The translations under genes were made by a program, and so were the position numbers. Positions 13,280 to 25,500 of a stretch of 64,000 nucleotides of DNA are shown piece by piece. Source of the stretch: Trypanosoma brucei (Eukaryota); NCBI GenBank assembly GCA_000002445.1, contig CM000207.1, forward strand, positions 2,720,001 to 2,784,000. Reading direction: 5' to 3'. The notes under the pieces are model-generated. The model was not told the origin of the DNA. It did not search any database and saw only the letters and a list, made by a program, of their open reading frames with translations. How positions within the stretch are numbered: position 1 is the stretch's first letter; each line of letters begins with the position of its first letter.

Positions 13280-13735
13280 ATGCTGCCGTTCAAATAAGGG
13301 TTAGGGTTTCACTAAAAAGAGAGCTGCTGTGCCACAAAAAAAAAGTGAATCAAAAAATGGGTCGATATTGAGATGGAAATTAGAGCTGCAGATGTAAACG
13401 TAAACAAAAATGTCTGCTTCATCAATAAGGGTTAGGGCCACATCAAAAAAAGAACCAAAATCGTGACGTATCATTGGTAGTATAAAAAAACCAAGAAAAA
13501 AAATCATAACCCTAACCCTAACCCTAACTATCCCCCCTCCCCATTTCCCCGGCTGCACAAAAAAAACTCCAAAAAAAAAGGAAAGAGAAAAAAATTTTTA
13601 GTTGTCAGAAAAACAAAAAAAATTTACAGAATCAGAAGTTTTTTTACAACCAACAAACAAAATCTCGGCTGGATTTACGTGTTAAAATATATCAGAAATT
13701 TTAACCAAAGTTTTAGCAAGGAAGAAAAAGAGGGG
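13280..13735. repeat. internal degenerate telomere-like (TTAGGG/CCCTAA) A-rich tract
   Basis: ataagggttagggtttcac; ataagggttagggccac; aaccctaaccctaaccctaac (13508..13528), embedded in poly(A)-rich sequence. Homologous to the tracts at 34100..34990 and 57170..57720. Confidence 0.6.
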
Positions 13736-13738
13736 AAA

Positions 13739-15070
13739 TTAAAAAAGCAAAAATGCAAGCAAAAGAGAAACCTTCTTAATCACAAATGAATTGCTCCCTG
13801 TGGTGTTTGTGGTTGTTTTTCCATCTTCTTTTGTTACATCTGCTTTTTGTGCTTTCTCTGTGATTTTGCACTTTTCTTTTGTTTTATTCCATTCGCAACC
13901 CTTAGTGGTGCCGCATTCAGCTTGGCCCTTGCCTTCGCATTTGGCCGCCTCCGCTTTGGTAACTTGACAACCTTCTTTGTCGTCCTGCGCTGCTGCGAGT
14001 TGACATGCTGTTTCGTTCAGAGCGATGCGAACAAGTGTTGCTGCTGCTACTGCTTGTTCTGCTTTATTAGCTGCTAAGTTGGCCTGCTTGAATTTTTTGA
14101 TTGTTTCGTGTATGCTCTTGAGCTTGTTGGCTTTGACAGTTATCTCTTTTTCGGGGTACTTATCCACCACAGTTTTCGCTGGAATTTTGAGGTCTTGCCA
14201 TGTTGACTGATCTGTGCCTAAGAGAAGCAACAGTTTGTCCGCTTGTTCTGCTGACTTAAGTTGGTCGACGATCTCTGCCAGGTGCTTTGAGCATTCTTGG
14301 TATGTTGAATCGTCGGCTGTTGGCGCCGTTTTCGTCTGCCAGTTTGTTTGGGTCGGAGCACTGCCCGTTGATGTCGTGAACAATTCGCCGCCCCAGTTGA
14401 CTGCTTGAACTATGTTCTGGCCGTTAATGTAGCCGCCATCTGTTGAGTCGTGCATGGTGAGTCCTCAGTCTGCTTCGCTGCCGTCGGCAGCTAGTTCGGC
14501 GCCGGCGTCTTTTAGGGCTGCGTATTTGCCGGCCACGTTAGGCTCCTCCGAGCTGCTGGATTTTAGTAGCGGCGGGCTACGTCCGGTAGCATCCGCGATG
14601 CAATCAAGTTCATTTGCCTTTGCTTCGTTTGTCGTCCCCTTGATGCAGTAGTTTGATCCTGCTGTTGCTGCCTGGAAAAAGACACTAACAAATTCGTGGA
14701 TTTTGCCTCCGTAGAAAGCGCAGCGCCTTGCTGTTAGTATGGCTCTTTCCGCTCCGTTTTGTATTTTTTGGGCTGTTTCGACTACTAGCTTACTGGCTGG
14801 CAGTAACAGTGTTGACATTTCCTCGTACACCGCTCCGTCAGTTGGTAGAACTGCTGTAAGCAGAATCTGTTGTAGTTCTTGCAGCTCCATTGCTTCTTGT
14901 CCAAGCTTTTGTAGACGGCCGGCGACGTATGCCGGGACCTTTGTCATTTCAAGTGATAAATGGCAAACTTTTTGCATTGCTGCCACTTTTAAGGGCTTTT
15001 TGTGTGCTGACTCTCCTAGCTGGGCATTGGATATCGCTATTGCTGCTACCACCGCTGCTAGTCTCCACAT
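13739..15070 (-). pseudogene. VSG: VSG with a single in-frame TGA (at 14465..14467); otherwise full length, about 440 aa
   Basis: ORFs 14465..15184(-) and 13739..14455(-) are in the same frame, separated only by tga. Signal peptide MWRLAAVVAAIAISNAQ, A-type N-domain (AGSNYCIKG), C-terminal domain and GPI signal ...NSFVIKKVSLLLAFLLF. Confidence 0.8.
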
Positions 15071-15974
15071 CCTTTCAGTCGGCTTAAAATCTATGAAGCA
15101 ATATGTTCGCACGTGCGGTTCTTGCCTTTCGGAGTATCGGAAGCTGTGATGAATGTGGTTCAGAGATAGCAGCGCTTGCTTCAAGTTTTTTGGGAACGCA
15201 GCTGTTGGAGGGAATGTGTAACCACTAGGGAAAACTAGCTTGGGTTAGCGCCTTTTTTTAGTTTTTGTTAAAATTGCGGGCCCAGGCTCCCGGTGCTGAC
15301 GTTACAAACATCATAAACTCTAGAGTTGCCTATGATATTTTTGATTATCTGCATTATAGGCTGCAATATATTTTGCTACTGCGCAGTGGCAGACTGACAA
15401 TACCACGCCGCTGCTGCTGGTTTATGGTGTTCTGCCGTCTGCTGAAATTAGCTTCTACAAACACTTCACACTCTTTGAATTTTCAGTTGCTTGCCTGTGC
15501 AGATAGTAATCAATATTCGTTATCAAATTACGAATTACACTCGTTGGCTGCCATTTCTACAGCCACATCATCCCATTGCTGTGTAAAATATAAGTCACCG
15601 TTTGTCTTTCCTGTATTAGTTTACCCCGTAGTTACCTGCTGTGAATTTTTTTGGTTCATTCTGTATTTTCTATACTTCCACTTTGTCTTCTATTGCTTTT
15701 TCTGTGGATAAAGTAGCGCTTCCACATCCCTTGTACGCTAGACTTTGCTTCTCTCTCTAATATTCACTTCATCATATCATTATATACAATGATTCCCATA
15801 GTCATGATTTGTTCACAACTGCGAATATTGCATAAATCAATGTCTTTGTATTTCTTAGCTACTCTTGATAAAATTATTTGTGTTCTCTATGCCTTACTCT
15901 CTCTCTTACTTGAATTGCATCATTCAAATTATTTTAAGTGCTTTTGTTTTGTCAGTGTCTTTTGTCTTAACAAC

Positions 15975-16030
15975 CACAATTATTATTGTAATATTAGTAT
16001 ATACACAGCCACAATACTCTCCAAAAATTA
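15975..16030 (-). repeat. 70-bp repeat (single degenerate copy)
   Basis: aattattattgtaatattagtatatacacagccacaatactctcc. Confidence 0.6.
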
Positions 16031-16329
16031 TTTTAGACGTAACTAATACGCGTAAAAACAATAAAACAACTAAACCATATTAGAATATCACTTATTTTTT
16101 ACCTAACACCCTACGACTTTGCACTTATAAGAAACATTCATACCAAAATTACATATTTTTTAATGTTCAGCATTTTGCGCATTTTCATTGAAAATTTATA
16201 GTATTTATAACATTTTAGCAAATTCTATCAAATTTTAACAAATTTCATACATTTGAGCAAGAATCTTTAGAAAGCTAGAATTCTAATAAACTCACAAAAT
16301 CAGCTGCCATCAGAGCAAATTACTTTTTT

Positions 16330-17774
16330 ACAAAAGAGCCGGATTTTTTTTTTTGCACTCTGGTCCTTCCCATTTGCAATCTTTCTCAGTTTTCCTTTTA
16401 AATTTATCTGTTGTTTTTTCCTGCTGCCCTTGTTTGTTCTCCTTCCGTGCCTGCACTCGTCTGAGTTGTAACTTTACTTTCATATACTGTGCACTTTCCA
16501 TCTTTTTCCGTAGTTACATCCCATTTTCATTTACCTGTATTTTCGCGTGCAGTTTTGTTGATTTTGTGTTGTTCGCAGTTAGTGTTTAATTCAGTCACCC
16601 TTGCCACTGTTGTTCCTTTATCAAGTGCAGGTGGCTCTGGGATTTGTGTTGCCGCTGCTGCCGTCCCGGATAGGCCTGCATAGAGTGTGGCTATTTGTGT
16701 TTTGAGTCGTTTCGCTTCCTCTGTTGCTTCCTTTGAAAGCCGCAGTGCCCTCGTTGCTTTCCTTACGTTTGCCAGCCACGGTGCTGAGTTGAGTTTGCTT
16801 GTGTCCGTTGCTGACGCGGCGGTGTATGTTGTGCAAAAGCCGTTTGCGCTTCCGCTCCTACAAGCACCACTGTTGGCGGCACCGATGTATAGTTTTTTTG
16901 TGTCAAACCGCCCTGTGGCTAGGACTCGGTCAAGAGCTGCGTCGATAGAGTCGACGTTTATTTCCTGCCCGCTGTTTGCTGTGCAGTAGGCACTGATTTT
17001 TGGCCATTCTGTTGCTGTTGCGGTGCTTGGATTGGCCCAGGTTGTTAGCGCGGTTTGGGGGTTGATACATGCTTTTGGTTCGTTTGCATCGGCTGCGCAA
17101 ACGCACATTATGACGCCGGCTACTGTTATTGGTGGCTTGCCGGTGTTTGTGTCATCTTTGCAGCACACTTGTGGGTCTGCCGCGCAGCCTGACGTGAACA
17201 TGTCCGTGTGTTTTAGTCTCGTTCTGGCCTTGTCGGCTCCACCGAAGGCTGCTGTTTTTAGCAGCTTGTGAGCGGATTCCGCGTCTCTTGATCTTTCGTG
17301 CGTTTTCAGCTCCTGCAAATTTTCGGCGATTTTTGCAGCTTGTGCTGCTACCTTGGCTACTTCAGAGCCGAAATAAATCTTTTGGTGTTTTGACAACTTG
17401 GCTGCGCCGACTTCTTTGAGGACATTTGGTTCGGTGTCTTCCTCTTCTGCCTGGGCAGCTTTTAGCCAGGCGGGATAGAGAGCCTTCCATTGTTTGTTCT
17501 CTTTGTGTGTGTCGGGTATCTCGTCTCGCCAGTTTCCCTCGCCTGGTTTTGTTTTAAAGACGGCTTTCCACGTTGGTTTACTGAATGTTAGGTTTAGTTG
17601 CTGGATTGCTCCGATGTTCGGGTCTTCCGCTGTGGTTTCGCTACCGAGGGTTATTTTGGTCTCAGCTGCGCTCAAAATCGTGCGCAGACCACGGAATAGT
17701 GCTGCGTTTTCACCCGCCGCAACTGCTGCGTTTGCTCTAAGTTTTGGCACGCTCGCAAACGCAAGTGCTATCAT
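16330..17774 (-). pseudogene. VSG: VSG pseudogene (B-type N-domain; frameshift and stop in C-terminal GPI region)
   Basis: ORF 16527..17837(-) has signal peptide MIALAFASVPKLRANAAVAAG and about 415 aa of N-domain. The C-terminus TEKDCKWEGPECKKKKSGSFVKK*FALMAADFVSL is in another frame. T13 homopolymer at 16343..16357. Confidence 0.8.
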
Positions 17775-19424
17775 GGTTTTCAGTGCTCGCGGCGTGCATT
17801 GCGTGAGCTGTGTTTGTGGTCTAGTCGTGCCACACATTGCTTGCAGTCAGCTGTAGCTCTCTTATTTGTTTTTAGTCCTATTTTTTGTTTCTTAAAGTTG
17901 TATGGAAAGAAGACTAGTCAATCATATAGTTTGAGTAGACTTTTGCTGCCTCTTCCAGTCTACTCAAGTTCAAGGTTCGTTATGAGGTAGTGTTACTGCT
18001 TAACCTAATTTGGGGTCCATTGACTTGTACTTCGTGTAGATCACCATTGTTTGCTTGTTATTCTTAGTGAAAACTTGTTCTTCGGTGCTGAAACTTAGTA
18101 TTACCGTCGTGGGGCAGCCGTGGTCGGTTCAGTCATGTACTTTTTGAGTGTGCTACCCGCTGGTCAGTGGAGCTGTCCACACTGTGTACTTCTGCACTTT
18201 TCAAGCGTCTGTCTGTCACACTTCTAGAAGTTAGCTGCACTCACGTCTTAGCGGCGCATGACAGTGACGTTGCTTTGTAAAGCTGTCTTAATCTTTTGTG
18301 GTGAAATTTAGTTTTTACCTTTTTTCCTTGTCACATTTTGTGTGTTATGATGATGGCTGAGCTAGCGGGATGTTGCCTTAGATAAGTTGGAGTCCGCCTT
18401 TAGCTCCTCATTATTTTATTTGATCCATGATGTCATTTGGATTTGAGGTCGGTTATTTTGGTGAGCTTTCTTTCCCCGAGTCTCAAATTCCTCGTGATGT
18501 AGCTGTTCTGTACTATTCCAGACATTATTGGTTTCTTTTCAGTACTCCATTAGAAAAAGCTAAAAAACTACAAAATAATAATATGAAATGACTACTCTCT
18601 GTTTTTTCTCCTTTAAGATGAAATAAATTGCACTTTTTAAAATTATCTCTTATCGAGCCAACTATATTTGCCATTTAAATAAAATTCCCTTCCTTCGCAT
18701 AGCTTTACTCTCGAAATAAACGAACTTCTTGCTTTTTTCGATACCTTAGCCAATTCTCCTTGGTATAAAAACCAGTAAAAGTTACTATTTCAACACTATT
18801 TTGTATGAGAGCACCGTTTTATCGATTTTTTGTCTTTGGTTTTCAATGCATTATTACACTAGCTCCTAGTCTCTTTGAATTTGTTGCTTATTCTGACACT
18901 TCCTCCAATACTAGGTAAAATAGTAATTTGGTTGATTCGTTGTTGCCGCATTTGCTTACTTAACTTCGGTAATAGACGCAACTACAGACAAACGTTTAGT
19001 CTTTTACCTGCTCAAGCTTGTGATGTGTTACTCTGATTCGTATCAAGTGTTTTACTCCATGTTATCTTTCCATTCTCTCTCTTCTGTTGTTGCTTCTGCG
19101 TATAACATGGCGACTCCATTGAGGCTACACACTGGACCATTTTCCTACTTATTTTTCACCATCTATCTTCTTGTGTATGATTATGCGTATTGTCATGCCC
19201 GTGTTGTAAAATTGGTACGTTCCATTATCTTGTCTCTTTCTGTCTGTCTCTATAGCGTTCTATCAACAATATTTCTCATGTGCTTCGTGTCTCTCACACT
19301 TACCATCCTACTCACCCGTTGGCACTTACTTCACTCTTGGCATTTTTTGATTCTATTTATGAAGCCAATTTGGTTTTCGCAAACATTCTTTTATATTAAT
19401 AGTGTACAAGGTCGCAAAAATATA

Positions 19425-19530
19425 CAGTCATTATTATCATTATCATTGTTATTATTATCATTACTATTAATATTACTACTTCTTTTATTATAATATTTGG
19501 ATATGCACACTCACAACACTCTCACCGTTT
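19425..19530 (-). repeat. 70-bp repeat, oriented for minus-strand cassettes
   Basis: cattatcattgttattattatcattactattaatattactacttcttttattataatatttggatatgcacactcacaacactc. Confidence 0.75.
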
Positions 19531-19546
19531 TATACTAAAGTAGAAT

Positions 19547-20400
19547 ATGAAATATTATATTTATACACTTATACTGTTATATTTAGTATTTTCAAGCTCA
19601 GTACCTATTCAAGAAGAAACAACGGCAAATATGGCAGAGAAGGGCCTTAAGAAGCCAAGAATATTTGTGGTTGTAGTTCAAACTCATGCAACTCAAGGAT
19701 GGTGTAGGCTCATATTGAGTGCCAAACTAAACAATGTTGCAATTATTATAATTGCAATGGGTGGTCTGTATAGTCATGTTAAAAGGCCTAGATGGGTTAT
19801 GGAATTTTAGAAAAACAGAATGCATGTAATAAGGATATTGTAATAACTGTTTGATGGGTCTGATGTTATTGTTACTGACGGACAAAAGTGTGAAGATGCT
19901 GTGGAGTATTTTAGTCATGACAACATCAGAGTGTTATGCTCCTCAGTTGATTTTGCTCATGAACTCAGATCACAAGGAGCATGTGCAGAGATGTTATTGG
20001 TATTTCAATGTTGTAAACAGGAAAGAGGAGGATAAAAAGTTTCCTCATTTACTAAAATCACCTCCTAGTGGAAACCCCTATCTTAGTGGTGAAAATATAA
20101 TAGCAAGAGTCTGGGCATTTAAGAAATTTGAATGTGCATTTGGAGAGTTACTGAAAGAAAGTGATGAATGATTGCCAGAGAAGAGTATTTATGCTACACT
20201 GCTAATTGGTAGTGTTACTTAAAAGGAAGCTGTTGGACAGAGATTTGTTTTGAAGCGAGGAATGATTGGTCTGGATTATGAAGAGAGATTATTTTCTTTT
20301 CCGCATAGTGATAAAATTGGAAAGGCTGTATTTATTTATTTCACAGGACAGCGAATGGCATGAGAGGAGAAGGAAAAATTGATTGCGATGAATTTAAGTT
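19547..20400 (+). pseudogene. GT31-like family pseudogene, copy B (plus strand)
   Basis: ORF 19547..19810(+) MKYYIYTLILLYLVFSS (N-terminal TM-like) ...PRIFVVVVQTHATQGWCRLILSAKLNNV...MGGLYSHVKRPRWVMEF. ORF 19851..20171(+) ...MTTSECYAPQLILLMNSDHKEHVQRC...ENIIARVWAFKKFECAFGELL. Continued in a third frame: EAVGQRFVLKRGMIGLDYEERLFSFP. Confidence 0.5.
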
Positions 20401-20922
20401 AATTTAGAGAGTGAGAAAAGAGGATATTTGGTGTAAAAGATTTGGCAGAAATTTAAACTTATTTGATTGACAGTGAAAAATGGAATTTTGAATATGGTGA
20501 GGTTCGCGGAGAGGTGTCAAGTGATGGGAAGTTGTTTAACGCTAAGAAATTGTAGTTGATAACCGGTGGAAGCAAGCAAATAAGCATGTCTAGGGGCGGC
20601 TAAGTATAATAATAGCGACTCATATGGAGGAAGTACCAGAGTCAGAGCTGAATTAAGCAGTTTTGACTAATGCTTCCTTAATTCCGCAGATTATCAGTTG
20701 TGGAGTAGCAAATACATGGCCATCGGATTCCACATGGAAGAGCAGAGTGCCAAAATCGCAGTCAAGCGCAAAACCACTTCGAACATCTATAGCAATTAAA
20801 TTAAAAGGCAAAACTCAAAACAACCGACGACTGGTTACAACATCAGAAAACTGGAGTAGCTGCAGAAACACAATACAACAACCTCCTTACCTCGCTCAAC
20901 CTAAATACAAGGAGAAACAGGC

Positions 20923-22377
20923 ATGATAAGAGCGATAGCCACAATAGCTTTGCTGAGCGCAGGTGCGGCAAGAGCTACACCGCCGGCAGACGACGACAAC
21001 ATAGCAACGCTGACATTGCTTTGCCCAGCACTGCAGTTAGCGGACGGCAAAATAACATTCGAGCCGACGCGACCGACGACGGCAGCAGATATTAATGATC
21101 TGCTCGCTTTAAACATGTCCCTTGCGGATTCAACTTGGCAAGCGAAATTCCAAAAAGCAAAGTCTGACAAAAGTAGCTCAAGTGACCTGGAACGGGCCAA
21201 GGAAGAAAAACTGGGAACTCAAGCTGAAATGACAGCCTGGGCCACAGCCGCCTAAGCAATCAACTCAAAAACTAAATTAGACGCCGTTCTCAAACCGTAC
21301 GGATACGACTCTACAAACATGTCCTTGCTAGCCACAGCGGCTCAGGAAATAAAACACTACACCGCACTGGCCTTTGACGCGCAGCAGCAATTAGCAGCCG
21401 CAACCATCAACGACAAACCCGATACAGAGTTAAAGCAAGCACTAGACAAAGCGATATACGGCGGGTCAGGCGGATACAAAAACACTAGGACAAAAGATGC
21501 AGGGCTCAACAGCGCCGAACCTCGCCAAACCGCTTGCGTAGAAGCCGCCAACACACACAATCCGATCAAAACAATATCCACCATAGTGGCCTGCATTTGC
21601 GCTGTGAAAAACGACATGTCACCGACGCCGACGGCACCGTGTGGACCAAACAGCGAACAATCGATAAAGTGGGAAGCCACCGGCCTACCACTGGCCGCGG
21701 CCTGGAACAAACTGCGCACAAGGTGCCCAGTGCTAACCGAAACAACGATAACAGCAAGCAAAGTAGAGACCGCGCTGAACACAGCCAAGCAGGCATTTTA
21801 CGGCAAAGGAACCGACCTTTACGTGGGAAAATACGACACCGCCGGTTGCGACGGGTCGGCAACCGGCGCATGTATAAAATACACAAACCAAGCGACAAGC
21901 GGCATACCCAAATTCGACAAAGCGGCGTGGGTCAGCGAGTTAACTACTATCATAACTGCACTAAGAGCCCGAGAAAAAGCGACCGAACGCATAAACGCGC
22001 TCCAAAACCAAATAGCGACAGCAAAAGTATTAGTAGCAGCCGCAGCTAAACATCCGCAGAGCATGAGCGACAGACTAACCGACACTGGCGGTAAAACGCA
22101 AAAACCAGAAGACGGCGACACCATTAAAGCGGCACAAAAAGAAATAGACTGCACATCACTGGACAAAGAGACATGTAAACCCGACGTTGGGTGCAAATAT
22201 AATGAAAAAGAAAGCAAATGTGAAAACGACTCTGTAAAAACTACAACAACTCCAGCCACCACAAACACCACAGCAAGCAATTCTTTTACAATTAAGAAAG
22301 CCCCTCTTTTGCTTGCAGTTTTTCTTCTAAAATTAAAAAATTTAGAATTTAATCTCGAGTTTATTATTTTATTTTAA
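20923..22377 (+). pseudogene. VSG: VSG with a single in-frame TAA (21253..21255) and an aberrantly extended C-terminus
   Basis: ORFs 20923..21255 and 21319..22377 share a frame, and the 63 nt between them is open. Signal peptide MIRAIATIALLSAGAARA; B-type motif INDLLALNMSLADSTW; C-terminal ...NSFTIKKAPLLLAVFLLKLKNLEFNLEFIILF (read-through past the usual stop position). Confidence 0.8.
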
Positions 22378-22539
22378 AATAGTTAGATATATTTAAACCC
22401 TCTTTCATAAAAATGTTCAGATTAGTAACTTTTTGCGTTAATGTCGCATATAGCTGTAAAATAGTATAGTGATGGGGTATGAAAAATGAGTGTTATTCTA
22501 ATATTGTATATTTAATTTATTTTGTGGGTATTGCTTAGA

Positions 22540-22640
22540 GTTATAATAATAATAATAGGAAAGTGTTGTGAGTGTGTATATACTAATATTATAATAAGAG
22601 CAGTAATAATAATGATAATAATGATAATGATAATAAAAAG
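22540..22640 (+). repeat. 70-bp repeat, plus orientation
   Basis: gaaagtgttgtgagtgtgtatatactaatattataataagagcagtaataataatgataataatgataatgataat is the reverse complement of the form seen upstream of minus-strand VSGs. It lies 1.1 kb upstream of + VSG 23722. Confidence 0.8.
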
Positions 22641-23721
22641 AAAGACTAAAGTCACGGCCCAAAATGAAGGATATTAAACAATTTTGAGGATGAAATGGAA
22701 GTAGCTGACGGAGTAAGTGAGATATAGTGGAAACCAGAAATATTAATGAAAGGAACTGCAGAAACAGAGGAAGAAAAATAAATATATAATATCCACAATT
22801 TTAAGCGCAAAGATGTATACGTGCATAACCATACACAAGGAGGTTATGAAGGGTAATAAATGCGAGAGGGAAAGAGATAGGGCAGTGTAAAGGAAAAGTG
22901 GATTTTATATTTTTTAAACTGTGATAGCAGCAGTTAACAAAAAATAAATAAAATACATAGCGAAACGACAGTATTTGCGACAACACCCCAGTAAAAGAAA
23001 TGATACATCAGGGTTGGTAGAAGCGAAGGATTTCCATATGCTACTCAAAAACTGATAGAATCTACTGCATAAATGGGAAAGGATCTGCTTTTTCACACAA
23101 CGTTGAACAGAGGCGTTAACAATTAGAGTAAGTTGTTTATACTGATTCACGAAGCTGTTTTGTGGGTTGAAGATTAGTTGAAAAATAGAGGGGAAAGAGA
23201 ATGGTGTTTATAGGCGGATGGATGAATGTGATTTGCGGATTTTTAAATTAATATGGGTTAGATTTTGAAAACAGGAGTAGATCATTTGCAGCGAAAAGAG
23301 ATAACATCGCAAGGCTCCCTGGTAAGTAAAAGCGTTACCGTCAACTTAAATCCGAGCGCCTGCGCAACCGGTTCTTATGGAAGGAAAAACAAGGAATCAG
23401 GATCCATGACTCCGAACAGCGGCGAACCCGCTAGACAAGAAAATTCTGCCGATCCACTATTATTGCACCACGACTCGTCGCCAAGGTGCAGCCAACAACA
23501 TGCGAAACGATCAAACACCGCAGTAACAACCTTTAAAAAAATAAAACTTACTAACCTCCCCAGATCCCCCTCACTGCTTATCACGACAGGCAGAGCCTAC
23601 AAGGGACAAGATAAGAACAATCATAGCGAGGGAACTTGAGCAAGCGAAACCAAAATATTCAATGCTGTGGGCACGTCAACTGTTCCTGTCGACAGTGCTA
23701 TAATCGGTCTTTTTACTCAAG

Positions 23722-25100
23722 GTGGCAGCCGATTTTTCTGAACTCGCGAATGCTAACGAAGCGACGGCGCTTTGTGCGATCGTAACACTCGCCGGCCAGC
23801 GGTCTTCGTTACCCAGCAGCAACGTACAACCACCGTCAGCCCTCAACGACCTCTTAGACCTCAACATGTCGGTGGCGACAAACGAATGGCGGGAACTCTT
23901 CAGGGCAGGGCCAGGGAAAAACACAACGAGGGATTTCCCTGAGGCCGACTACAATGAAACAACAGACTGGAAAGGAAAATGGGCCGCATGGAAAAGCAAA
24001 GCAGAAGAGCTTCTGAGCACAGACAAACTTAAAGCCAAGAGGGAGCAACAAGGGCTAAAACATGCAACTGAAGAACAGATAGCCGAAATCCGACGCGACG
24101 TGCAGAAACGTGCGGCGGAAGCGGTGGCGCTTCACTTCCAAGCAGAAGCGGACGCGCCATCGACAGACCTTCTAACGGACGAGACAATACAACAGCTTCT
24201 AAACGAAGCAGTCTACGGCCAAAAAACGGAAGCAACAGGTCAAGCTTTGGCAAAAAACAATTTCGACGAGACAACAGGCGGCAGCAGGCAGGCGCTCTGC
24301 ACAGGACAAAAGGATGGCGGAAAAACAAAAACGGTCCTCGGTACGCTGGCGTGCCTCTGCATGAAAGAAAGCACCAACAACGCCCATAATCAACACAAAG
24401 TATGCCGAGCCGATCCCGCCATGTCGGCAACATGGACCCAAGGTAGTACGCCGCCGAATCAAGCGACGATGGAGGAAGTGAAAAAACTGTGTGACACTCA
24501 AACGACAAGCCAAATAACTGCGGCGAAGCTAGAATCAAAAATAGACGCCATAACAAGCCTTATAAAGTTAGACACAACAAAGGCGACCCTCGGTGTGTAT
24601 CTAGGTACAGACTGCTCAGCACAAGATACAAGAGGGATATGTGTAAGCTACAACGGCCTTTCACAAGGAGCGGGAAAAGCCAGCGAAGTGATACCTTGGC
24701 TGGAGCAGCTTACCGACCTGCTAGGAAAATTACGAAAACATAAAAAAGCCGTTGCAATCCGACAGCACACTGCAGATGCAGTAAAGTCAAAAGCCAAGAT
24801 AACGAAGGACCTAATCTACCATGCGCGACCGTGGGCAAACAAAAACGTTGCTCAGAAGAATGTCAAAAAAAAAATAGTGACGACGCAACCTTAGCAAAAA
24901 CAAAAGAATGCGCACAACACAAAAATAACAAAAAACCTTGCACAGGAGCGAAATGCTCATGGAAAGGTGGAGAAAGCGAAAACAAAGGGGAGTGCGAAGT
25001 AGATGAGAAACAAGTTAAAAAGAAAATAAAAACAGAAAACAGTGAAAATGCAGGAACAACAAACACTACAGGAAACGATTATGCTGTTATTAACAAGTAG
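23722..25100 (+). pseudogene. VSG: VSG pseudogene (no ATG or signal peptide; frameshift in poly-A run about 24862..24873)
   Basis: ORF 23722..24894(+) starts at gtg. It has LNDLLDLNMSVATNEWRELF (B-type) and IPWLEQLTDLLGKLRKHKKAVAIRQ. ORF 24831..25100(+), in another frame, carries the C-terminal domain CTGAKCSWKGGESENKGECEV...NDYAVINK. Confidence 0.8.
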
Positions 25101-25409
25101 CCTCTTTTTCTCGCAGTTTTGCTTCTAGAATAATACTTTTAAGAATTGTGTGTAAAAGAGTTTTGCTATATTTTATAAAATTCATAAAAATTTATATTTT
25201 TAGAAAAGAAATAAATTTTCTAAAATTTATTATATTTTAAAACTTTTTGACAAAAATGTGTAGATTGTTGAAAAATTAAAAAATATAAATTTTATGTCTG
25301 AATGTGTCCTATGGGTCCAAAGTAATAAGGTAATAAAATATGAAAAAATACTGCCATTATAAAAATCATTTTTTGGTTCATTTTATTGATTTTTTAATTA
25401 TTAGTACTT

Positions 25410-25500
25410 TTGGGGTTGCAATAGTAATAGTGATAATAGTATGGCTAATAATAATAATAGGGGAGTGCTGTAAGTGTGCATATACTAATTTTTTAATAAG
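25410..25500 (+). repeat. 70-bp repeat, plus orientation
   Basis: aatagtaatagtgataatagtatggctaataataataataggggagtgctgtaagtgtgcatatactaattttttaataag. Confidence 0.65.

Noticed and set aside
13280-13735. True chromosome end / telomere
   Set aside because: The TTAGGG-like tract is short, highly degenerate, of mixed orientation, and flanked on both sides by unique VSG sequence. It is internal, not terminal.
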